Below are positions 1 through 43,840 of a DNA stretch of 64,000 nucleotides, piece after piece. Below the pieces are notes generated by a model that worked only from the letters and a program-made list of their open reading frames with translations, made no database searches and was not told the DNA's origin. How positions within the stretch are numbered: the first letter of the stretch is position 1; each line of letters opens with the position of its first letter. The translations under genes were made by a program, and so were the position numbers. Source of the stretch: Camelus dromedarius (lineage: Eukaryota); contig NC_087444.1 in the NCBI RefSeq assembly GCF_036321535.1, positions 68,572,001-68,636,000 of the forward strand, read 5' to 3'.

Positions 1-399
1 GATCTTCCCTGGCATTCTGAGGAGACACCATAGCATTATGGCTGAGTTCAAGTCCCAACTTTTCTAGGACTTGGTGTGTAACTTCCCTCCCCTCCGAGCC
101 TGAGTTTCCTCATCTGTACAATGAGGATGGCAGTATCTGCCGTGTAGGATTGTTGTAAAGATTCCCTGAGTATATCCTCACTTCCCAAGTGTTTGAGCCT
201 GACTCACTAGGGCACTGTTCAAATCACAGATGTCCCAGCCCATGGAATCAGAACCTCCAAGGCAGGACCCTAAGAATCTGAAATTTTAACAATCAGTTAA
301 CAGCAAAAAAATGCTGTTATTGAGTACTAACTGCATACCCCAAGCATTAGTCACTTTATTTGAAGCTCATTCTCTGAGTCCTCACAATATCCCTAAATG

Positions 400-495
400 G
401 CAAGTGAGGATGGCTTTTAATCTCCACTTTAGAGATGAGGAAACTGAGGCACAGAGAGGACAAGGGACTCACTTGCCCAGTCACACAGGTGGGAA
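400..495. mobile_element. MIR fragment
   Basis: Core agatgaggaaactgaggcacagagagg...acttgcccagtcacacag. Many similar MIR/L2 relics occur across the window and are not listed individually. Confidence 0.7.
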
Positions 496-2335
496 GGAGC
501 AGAGCTGGGGCTCATCCACGCAGCCAAGCCTGAGTCTCCACTTACTTGAGTGTCTGTCCTGTGTCAGGCACTGTTCTTGCCACTGGGAGAGCACAACAGA
601 GAACAATTCCTTGCCCACTTAAGACTTGCAGCCCTGTGCTCCCAAGGCCCTAGGTAGTTGATTAATTAGCTGGGTAAAAGAGCAAGGCCTGGCTCAACGT
701 TAGTAGCTGGCTTCTGTTCAGTTATTGGGTGTTTACCACGTCACACACCAGGGCCCGGGCCCAGTCGGGCTCTGCAGCCTGGACCTGCTCCACTGCAGCC
801 TCCGGAGGTCAGGGCTGAGGCTGGCCCTCCCCGCCTCCACCCCTAGCTGCACATTCCCAGACACCCCCAGCTGCACATTCCCAGCTGAAGGAAAGTTCCC
901 AGCCCAGCCTGGGCTCCCAGCGGCGCCGGAATTCCCGGTATTTAAGGAGGCGGCCGGGAGGGAGAAGGGGACTGTCTACTCCAAGGCCTGGAGTGAGAAG
1001 GCGAGGCAAGCCCCCTCGGACTCTCCGGATGTGTCCCAGCTGTGCCTCGGGGAGGGAGCCAGAAGCCTCCATAAGGGGGTCTCTGGACCCTGTGGGAAAA
1101 CCATGGGCACTCATTTTGCCTCAACCCCTCCCCCTGGTCCCTGCCCTTAAATTCCATTCCTCCCGCCAGCCAGCCCGACTCCTACCTCTGCTTCATGGCC
1201 CCAGTTCCAACGCCTCCTCAGGAAGACGTTTCTGGCTGCTCTACCACAGCCTGCCTTTTGTAAGCTTGGTCTTTAGAGCTACAGTTAAGACAGGCTTGGA
1301 AAGGGTAAGTAAGGGCGGCTGCCCACTGCCGCCTTTGGGACACTTCTGCCCTCCTTGGGATGTTTGGGTTAATGCCAGCCAACCTCATTTAACCCGAGTT
1401 AACTCCAGCTCCAGTGCAAAACTTGGTGTGGTGGTTATTTTGCCACCAGGCTGAACTTTCTCCCCCGCTAACAAGAAGCCTCACGGGACTATTAAGTCCG
1501 ACAGTGCTTAGCCTGGCATCTTGTTAGAGCCCAGTCAACCCACTCTCCATCTGTAAGCACTTTATCTGTAGGCATTCCCTGTACATCAGTGCCTCCCGTG
1601 GAACCTTCCTTGACCACAGCAACATCCTCATCTGTGCAGCCCCTACACGTGCCTACTCTATCAGGTAGGGCAGATACACACAATGGGCAGTGAATCAGTA
1701 AACCGTAAGTTCCTTCTTTTATAAAGAAAATTGGTGAAACTCCCTTGATCAACATTCGAGTGTGTAATGAAGTTCCTGTTGGCATTCCCAGCATGGGGAG
1801 TAGTGTGGAACCTACCCCACTGGGGGGCAGATGGCTGTGTCCAGGGTGGGTGCAAAGGCTGGTATGGGACACACAGACGCCTCCCCCCGCCCGCGTCACT
1901 CGACTGATGCTCACTAGCTTCCTATAAAAATGAGGAAAGAAACTGAAGGCAACGTGATCCACAAGCAATACTTCACTCCCCTATACATATACGAGCGCCA
2001 TCCCACAGAACTTTCTTCCACGATGGAAATGCTCTATCATCTGCACAGTCCAGTGGTAGCAACTGAGAGCCTGCTATATGTCAGCTCTTACCACATGGCA
2101 GACACAACAAATAAGCCCGTCCTCAGGCCCATAAGGACAGTTACCACCCTGACCATAACTGGGACCTGCTTTAAGGAGGCCATGGGGGCAGGTGGTTTTC
2201 CCAGGAGTTACTATTGATATCCTGAAGGTGAAACCAGTCAGGGGGTATCATCCACAAGGGGCTTACAGCCCTCCCACCCCCACAGCTCTCAGTCCTATCT
2301 ACACTACAGGTTGGGATTAAGAAAACTTCCTTTCT

Positions 2336-2468
2336 GGGGGGAGGGTATGGCCCAAGTGGTAGAGTGTGTGCTTAGCAAGCATGAGGTCCTGGGTTCAATT
2401 CCCAGTAACTCCACTTAAAAAAATATAAAGATAAACCTAATTATCCCACCAAAAAAAACTTTAAAAAA
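2336..2468 (+). mobile_element. tRNA-Ala-derived camelid SINE (Vic-1 type)
   Basis: tRNA-like head GGGGAGGGTATGGCCCAAGTGGTAGAG...GGTTCAATTCC, A-rich tail, 13-bp TSD AAGAAAACTTCCT at 2319-2331 and 2469-2481. Confidence 0.85.
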
Positions 2469-2895
2469 AAGAAAACTTCCTCTCCCAACATTGGCACGGA
2501 TGGCCCTTAGCTGCTGACTTCAGACTCCAGGCAGTTCTCCTCACTCTGTGTTAAAGATTATTCTCTCACACATTTCCCCTGCTCTTCTCTGCATGTCATT
2601 AAAATAGCAACAAAAGGACTGAAAGGAAAAAAAAAGACAAACCACAAGGATACCCCACATGACCAATGGCAAGCCCCTATCCCCTATTCCCTCACACTGG
2701 ACTCTACTGGAGACACAGGGAAACAGACCAGGTCTGCTCCCACCTATCTACCCTAACTCCAGAGTCACAGCTTCTAGAAAGGCTCAAAACCCAGACTAGC
2801 AGTGAGCTGGGGTAGTTTCTTGCACTCCTTTTAGCCAAAGACACACCACACAAGACCACAGCATAGCCCTTGAAACCTTTAATCACACAACCATC

Positions 2896-2901
2896 TTTAT
2901 T
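2896..2901 (-). terminator. RPS16 polyadenylation signal AATAAA
   Basis: TTTATT on the + strand, about 30 nt past the RPS16 stop codon. Confidence 0.85.
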
Positions 2902-2932
2902 ATAAAGGTGAACCCGGATCTTCACGATGGGC

Positions 2933-5276
<2,344 letters not shown>

Positions 5277-5310
5277 TTACTCCACAGCTCCTCACCGCGC
5301 GGCGCCGCAA

Positions 5311-5490
5311 CCGGAAAAGGAAAGCACAGAAGCCACCCCGTCTGCTTTTCAGGGTCTGCGCAGGCGCGTTGTGCGCAGCGTCGCGACAGGAAGGAGCTTT
5401 ACGGCTTGTGGGCGGAACTTTGGATTGGCGGCGGGAAGGTGGAGCCCAGGAGCGGAAGGGGCGTGACGTGGGCGTGGAGGGGGCGGGGCC
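5311..5490 (-). promoter_or_regulatory. RPS16 5'TOP initiator and CpG-island promoter
   Basis: The minus strand reads CTTTCCTTTTCCGG (oligopyrimidine start, 5324-5311). Upstream are ETS-like GCGGAAG (~5452), TGACGT (5464-5469) and a GC box GGGGCGGGG (~5480). Confidence 0.85.
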
Positions 5491-7323
5491 TGGAGAGTGT
5501 TGGGTAGGGCCCGAGAACGGTGACAACAAGCTGGTCTTCATATCCTTGGTCCTCATTGGTCACCTCCAGTTCTTATTTGCATTTGGGCTCTTTAATTATA
5601 TGCCTCCGCTCCCAATCCCAAGCGAGTCGCTCCTTTTTCTAAAGATCCAGTCTTACCGTCTCATCAACGGCAATCTTCCTCCCCAAATCCTCCTCCATCA
5701 GAATCATCCCTCCAGAACCCACAGCAAGAAATCTGGCAGAATTCAGAATATCCCTACCTCCTAGAGCCCACCTCTTCGAGTCTTCCCACAGAATCCTTTT
5801 TCACTTAGAGCCCCCTCCACCAGAATCTAGCTTTCACGAGAATTTCCTTACTTTTAGAGTCTCCGCCTCCCAGAATTCTTCTCTGGGAAGCCCACTCCCA
5901 AATCCCCCACCTCAGAGCCCTCACCCTAGACTCCCTCTTTCCTGAATCCCCCTTCACTCGGGGTCCTCCCCCCTATAATTTTCCCCAGAATCTTTCCTCA
6001 GGACCCACGGCCCCCAGAATCCTCCTCTTTCAGAATCTCCCTCTCCCCTCAATCCACTTTTCCCAGAACTGCTCCCCTAGAATCCCCTTGCAGAAAATCC
6101 TCATCCTTTTCAGAGCCCCCTCTCTCAAAATCTACCTTTCCCAAGAATTTTCTGCCCTTCAGTCTCCTCTCCCCAGAAAGTGTCTTCCCTGAAATTCGTC
6201 TCCCTACTAGAATCCCTCATTCCTTGGAAACCCTTCCTCTAAACCCCCCTTTTAAGGGTCCATATCCTAGGACCCCTCTTTCTCCAGAGTCCCCCAAATC
6301 ACCCTCCTCTCTAGGCCCCTCCCTACAGAATTCTCTATCCCCAGGAACCTCAGGATTGGGTAGCCCTCAAGCTCCCCGCCACTCAGGATGCTTCCTTCCC
6401 AGCCAAGAGCTTCCTCTCAGGGCTGCAGGGAGACCTGTTTGTCTGGCAGCACTGGGTCTGGGGTCCAAGGTTCAAAGAGGTGTATTGGTTCACCTATGCC
6501 TGGAGGGCGGAGACAGGGTGGAGATTGGTGGACAGGTCTGGGTCCAGAGGAGGATCCTCCAGCTCAGAGTCCAGCTCCAAAAGGGTGAGAGGGAAAGGGG
6601 CGAGGGGCAGGGGAGGGAGGAAGGTAGCATCCAGAGGCTGACCTAGAGGGACACACAGACAGATACCCAGCACAGGAGAGAGACAGGCACACATGGAGGA
6701 GAAGGCAAAGACAGGGCCAATGGAGAAGAGGAGAAAGAAGAGAGACACTGGGTCAGACAGAGATGGAGCCAGAAAACACAGGTGACCGAGATTCAGAGGC
6801 AGAGAGGCCAACCCTCAGAGAAAGAGAAGACAGACAGGTACAGGCAGGCACTAAGATTCCAAGACACTTGAGACAGAAATGGAAGTAGAAAGAGCAGAGA
6901 CTCCCAAATATGCACCTGCAGACACAGAGAAAGTGTAACACTGGCATTTTCCAATGAGAAGACAGGCCACAGAAGCACACACTCTCACACACTTTGTATT
7001 GCCTTATGGGCCTGTTTAGGGGGCAGAAGAAGCTTCTAAACTCACCAGTCTTTCCAGGCTGATCCTCACAGCCTTGCTAAGTCTGGTATCTTGGAGGGGG
7101 GAGAGGGTCTGGGAGCCCTCTGACCTTGGCCCTCGCTACTCTAGGGTCACCGTCTCCCCCAGCCTCCTGGAGTCAATTTCCTGCATATCTGTGGATTGAG
7201 TAGAGCTGGGAGGCAGTTCCCCTTACCCACTTCAGCCTTCCAACTTGCTCCCTCTCTCTGTACCTCTTGTTTCCAGGACCCCGGGCCAGAACCAGAGAAA
7301 ATCTGGGGGTGGACAGTGTGCCC

Positions 7324-8552
7324 ATGTGGCCTCTCCGAACCATCCTCCTGCTGGTGCCACCCTTGGGGAGCCTGGGACCACCCCTCTGCCCACGGGAGTG
7401 TTTCTACTTCCTCATTGCCATCATGAAGATGCTGGTGAGGAGGGAGGGAAGAGCCAGCAGACAGGGGCAGGCTAGTTGAGGGAGTGGGATGGGGGGCACA
7501 TTCAAGAAAGGGTCAGGCTCTCCCCTTCCAAGGTCTGATTTTCCTCCCTACCCCACAATTGAAGGGGAACAAAAATGATGGCACTCTCTACACCCTAGAT
7601 GATCTCTCGGTGAGTATTTCATTAGCTCCTTACTGAAGTTGAAAGTTTAGGAAGAATCCACTAGGCTTAGAACATGTACATGTTGAGAACAGGATGCAGG
7701 CGGGCTGATGTTCTGACTGGCTGGTCCCTGACCCACCCCTAGCCTTGACAGATATAATTTATTCACTGCTGTCTCCAACACCTCAAACAGTGACTGGCAC
7801 ATAATAACAACAAAGGGTGATGATGATTACAGCTATACTGAAATAGTGCTCACTCTGTGCCATGTTCTGGTCTAAATGCTTTAAGTGTATTAGCTTACTG
7901 ACTCTTTACACTGACCCTATGAGGTAAATAGAACCGTCATGTATGGATGTGAAGGTTGTACACTGCACAAGGGTCCCACATCTACAAGGACAGTATTCTC
8001 ATCATTTCCATCACATCTATACTTGTCAACTTCTGGCAGATGGCAATAAAGTACCTTGTTTTAACAAAATCAGCACTTAGAAGTGTTTTAAGGAAGGAGT
8101 GTCTTTTTCTAACTCACACAGGAGCACTAGAGTCAGACTTGAAGGTGGGCATTATTAAGAGCTCCAATTTATAGATGGGGAAACTGATGCCCAGAGAGGC
8201 AAAGAGGCATGATCCAGGTCACAAGTCAGAAATTGTGAGGGTGAGGATTTGGGATCAGTCCCTTGCCCAAACATACCAGATCACTCTGTCCCCGTAGGTG
8301 TGTCCTGCTGAGACTCTAGGCTGCTTCTGGCTGGAGCTGTCTGTGACTGGGTTTGAAGAGGGCCCATCCGTGGGGACTGCCATGTTCCGGCTACAGCGCC
8401 TACTGGATGCCCTGGGGTCCCGGCTGTGGGTAACTGGCCAGGGCCCCTGTCCACCCTGTGAAGGACACCTGCAGAGACCTGTCCCTCTCTTTTTGGCCAA
8501 ACTCTTGGAGTTATTACAGGGGGCTTGTGCTCGGCATCTGCCCTCAGCATGA
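7324..8552 (+). CDS. IL15L: Interleukin-15-like cytokine (IL-2/IL-15/IL-15L family), intact, 3 coding exons, 136 aa
   Basis: Exons 7324-7434 (37 codons, hydrophobic signal-peptide-like start), 7565-7609 (GNKNDGTLYTLDDLS) and 8298-8552 (VCPAETLGCFWLELSVTGFEE...CPPCE...FLAKLLELLQGACARHLPSA*). All are phase 0 and GT-AG. Motifs align with IL-15 DATLYT / CKVTAMKCFLLELQVISLE / CKECE / FLQSFVHIVQ. Its position next to SUPT5H fits the reported IL-15L locus. Confidence 0.93.
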
Positions 8553-9029
8553 GACTGGGAGGACACAGACTCTCTGGTACTCCTGGAGAGGCTGAGTGGA
8601 GAGATGGAGAGGAGACCTGGTCTCCAGCCCCAGCTCCCAACCTAAGCCTTCTCCTCCTAGGCCAGAGGACCCCACCTGGAGCCTCAGGAACCAGGAGAAG
8701 AGGAGAGAAGGAGGAAAAAAAAAAGGGTGAGACCTGAAGCCTGAAGTCTCCAACCTACTGGGGCAGAGGGTTGGATAAATTGCCCCCACCTGCCCTCATT
8801 GTTCTCCGTCTTTTTCAGATACTCCCTCCTCTCTCCTCTTCCAGGAAGGGACAAAGCATTGCACATGTGTCTCTAACCTCATCCCCATCCCTTGAGGACA
8901 GGGAGATTCTTGTGGCTCACATCCCTGGCTGCAAATAATCACCACTTGGAGAATGTTTAAGTAATGCTGATGGCCAAGCCCCAGTCCAGATAATTTGATA
9001 ATTGGTCTCTGGTGGATCCTGAATATCTA

Positions 9030-9430
9030 TATTTTTAAAGTCAACTTTATTGGGGAATAATTTACATACAGTAAAAGGCACCCATTTGAAGTGTACATTT
9101 CAACAAATTCTGACAAATGTATCATACTCTACCACATTTACATCACCTCAAAGCATCCCTTTATGCCTTTTCCCAGTCAATGTCCATCTCTAGTCCTAGA
9201 CACCCACTAATCTGCTTTTTGCTTGTATAGATTAGTTTTGCCTGTTCTAGAATTTCATATGAATGGAATATGCTAGTGTCTAGCTTCTTTCACTCAGCTA
9301 ATGTTTTTGAGATTCATTCATGTGTGTATCAATAGTTTGTTACTATTCCATCACATGTATGTACTGCAACTTGTTTATTCCTTCTCCTCATGATGGACAT
9401 TGGGTTGTGTCCAGTTTGAGACTATTATGC
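9030..9430 (-). mobile_element. Old L1 3'-end fragment (L1M class) flanked by MER5-like pieces
   Basis: ttttgcctgttctagaatttcatatgaatggaat...gatggacattgggttgtgtccagttt is typical antisense L1 3'UTR. Confidence 0.6.
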
Positions 9431-10339
9431 ATCTCTCTCTCTTATCTTCTCAAATATTCTGATGTGCTGCCAGGTTGAGAGTTGAGAACCACTGCTATGC
9501 CAAAGAAGAGATCTCTGTGGAGAGAAAATGACGGTTCCCTCTCTTTCCTGGAGTAAATGCCTTCCTGCAGAAGTGTCAAGAGGCATTTTTATAGGGAATC
9601 CTGTTTTAAACAGCTGCTATTTAAAGGAACAAAGCTTGTAGAAGAGGAAACATTTCTATAGAGTACCAACCCCTTCCCTAATCTGTTTTGGCTTCAGTTT
9701 AGGGGTGGAAGGGAGAGTGTGTGCTTATGGAGAGATGAAGCTGTGGTGTATACTCATTCCCTGGTAGATGTGTTGTGAGCCTGCTGCCAGCCCAACAGCA
9801 CCACATTCCTCTGTAACTAACTAGGTGTCTTATTAAATTTCTTTAAATTGAACCCAGGTGTGTCAGTGCTTATGTGGGAAATTTTAGCAATGTGTTCTAA
9901 AAGCTTCTGATTTATTTTCCTCCATCAGGTTAATTTTCCATATTTCTCTCTCATGCCTGGTTCCCTTTGCCACCTCTCTGACAAATAATCACTAGTAAAC
10001 TCACATTTAAATCAATTTAGGGAGATTGCAATGGAAAACAAGGGTCACCCAAACTTGGGAGTAGTCTTGGGTCTACCACTTACCAATTACAGAGTTTCTT
10101 TTTCTGAATTTCGGGTTTCTCGTCTGCAGAACGGGGGTACCTACCTCCTACCAATGTGTCAGAGGGGCTGTAAGATAAAGTCTGAATTATTTGATTAGTG
10201 AAATGGACTAAATTCAAGCGCGAGTTTCTGGCTGGAAAAATCCGGTCCCAGAGTATTAAAACACTTTGCCCTTTTTCCGCATCTTCGACCCTCTCAAGAT
10301 GTCGACTCCACCCTCTACTTTAAGACAATTCTGCCACTC

Positions 10340-10497
10340 TCAAGATGGCGCCCTGACCGTGCATCCCGGGTACAAGCCCTTTAAGTCTCGCGATAGGCGG
10401 GGCTAATGGGGTAGGCTCTCGCGAGAGGTCACGTCAGTCCCAGCCAGGCGTCGTGTGAACAGCAGCTGGTACCGAAGGTGGAAGTGGAACCGGAGCG
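10340..10497 (+). promoter_or_regulatory. SUPT5H CpG-island promoter and non-coding exon 1
   Basis: YY1-like AAGATGGCG (10342-10350), TCTCGCGATA (10386-10395), palindrome TCTCGCGAGA (10417-10426), CACGTCA (10430-10436), and donor GCG|GTGAGG at 10497/10498. Confidence 0.75.
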
Positions 10498-10758
10498 GTG
10501 AGGGGGTGGGTTGGCCGCCGAGGTGACAGACCCGGGGGTCGCGGAGGGCCAAGGAGGTGTAGAGGCCGGCTTCGGGGATTCGGGAGGTATAGCAGGTGGC
10601 ATAGGAGGTCTCCTTTTGGGTTCACAGTTGCCATAACGAGGCTGCCGGAAGTGCGCCAAGTTTTTTTTTTTTTCTTTTCTCCTGGGGAACCGGAGGGGAA
10701 ACTAAGCCTCAGACGTTGGGGACGCGCTGAGGCCGCCGTCTTTTCTTGCGAGCAGAAG

Positions 10759-35110
<24,352 letters not shown>

Positions 35111-35367
35111 GGCAGGCAGGGTGGGTGGACTTTGGCAGATACCTGGCAGATAAAGAGTGTCCCTCCTTCCTCCTCTGGCCTTTGGCTCTGACACAGGATC
35201 TGGGGCCTGGAGCTGGGTTAGCCTGGTTGTTTAGGATTTCTTTATTTTGCTTTCTGGTTTCCTCTCTCCCTCCCTGATGTTCATGGGAATCAGAGTAGAG
35301 TCTGGGGGAGGGTTCCCACCTTGTTATACCCCTCCTTCCCCAGCTTGCTTTTGTGTTACGGTCTTTC

Positions 35368-35373
35368 AATAAA
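35368..35373 (+). terminator. SUPT5H polyadenylation signal AATAAA
   Basis: AATAAA about 260 nt after the stop codon, followed by GT-rich sequence. Confidence 0.8.
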
Positions 35374-36765
35374 AAGCTGTTTGGTCAAAAGTCCTGTGTA
35401 TATGTGTGTTCTGGTTTGTAAATGGGGTCATTTGCAGACCCCACTTACTTCCTTGCTGTGTGGTCTTAGGAATAACTGGGTCCTACCTAAGCCTCAGTTT
35501 CTCCATCTACAAACGATACTACCTACCCCAGAGAGCTCTTGAATGTATGAGAAGTCATTGGAAAGAAATTATTATTAGAGCCTGCATGTAACTGATAAAG
35601 TTACATCTTACTCATGCTTGGGTTAAGTGAAAGTTGGTCAGTATCCATCAGGAAACCTAAATTCCTCTTATGGTGCACGATTCAGCATTTGATGGTCCTT
35701 TCTCCTGAGCTGGCATAGCAGTGACACCAGAATTGCTTGTAGCTTGTCTTAACAGCCTGGTCGTCGAGGTCGGGAGCAGTGTAGAGAATGGAGCTAGTTA
35801 CCTGACTCTTCTTCACTTTCCTCATTTGATACTCACATGTCTTTTCACAAATGTAATTTAAAATTTATTAGAAAACAGTTCAAATTGTTCAAAAAGTTAC
35901 GATGCCAGGAACACTGAAGTCCCCACCACCCAGCTTAGGAACCACGTGTGTACCAGATAGGAAAGACCCACTTAGGCAGCACACAGTCCGTTCCCCTCCT
36001 GAGGTAACCCAACTCTGCATCCTGTGTCTTTTTGTCGAACTTCAAACTTTTATTACCTTGGTATTCATCCCTAAGCGTTGTCTGGTGATTCCATGTTTTT
36101 AAAATGTACATAAACAGTATCAGACTCTTCTTCCTTTCAAAATAATTTGAGGGGATTCATCAAGGCTCCTGTAGCCTCTAATTCATGAATTTTTCTCTCA
36201 ATACCCCAAGCCCACTAGACAGGGTGGCTGTTCCTTCGGTTGAGCCTCCACGAAACTGGCCTACTTTCCAGACCCTTTATAAGAAGTTCATGGGAAGAGG
36301 GGCAAAAAAGGGCGTGGAGAATGGGAAGGAAAACGGATTAGGCCTCCCGGCTGCACATGAAAAAGAGGGTTTGTGAGGGCGGCTTTCAGCTCGCTCCAGA
36401 CTTGTGGCTTTGAGCTTTTAAAACAAATCAAGAAGCCATTAGGTTCCTTCGTTAAGGACCTCAGCATGACCTCTGAGCAGTGGGTGTTCCGCCGCGTCCT
36501 GTAGCAGCGGCAGTGAAACGCCCTCTGGCCCTAGGGGGACATGATGCCGGCTGACTCGGTCTTGGTTAGTGAGCCCGCCTCAGCAGGAGGGCCACCTGAG
36601 GCAAGTGAACTAGCGGCACCGCGCCCGAGGCAGTACCCCCCGGGCCCTTTGTCTCTCTCGGGCTCCCGTCCACCCGCCCCTCCCCTGCACCCGCATTGGC
36701 CGCGGCCCCGGCCAGGGGCGGGGAGGAGGGAGCGAGTGGGCGGGGCCACATGGCGTCAGGGCAAG

Positions 36766-43751
<6,986 letters not shown>

Positions 43752-43834
43752 TCTCTGTGCCTCCTCAAACTCAATGCCTGAGTTATGGGCCCATGGCTCA
43801 GTGCTCCAGACCACAGCTTGAGCAACCACACGTC

Positions 43835-43840
43835 AATAAA
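43835..43840 (+). terminator. TIMM50 polyadenylation signal AATAAA
   Basis: AATAAA 84 nt after the stop codon. Confidence 0.75.

Noticed and set aside
1-840. PLEKHG2 3' end expected from synteny
   Set aside because: No PLEKHG2 coding sequence recognised; the region is MIR/MER5-like repeats, so any coding exons lie outside the window.
6490-6600. Possible minus-strand terminal exon (pyrimidine tract, GAG acceptor, LDSELEDPPLDPDLSTNLHPVSALQA*)
   Set aside because: Weak acceptor, no partner exons or homology recognised; not supportable from sequence alone.
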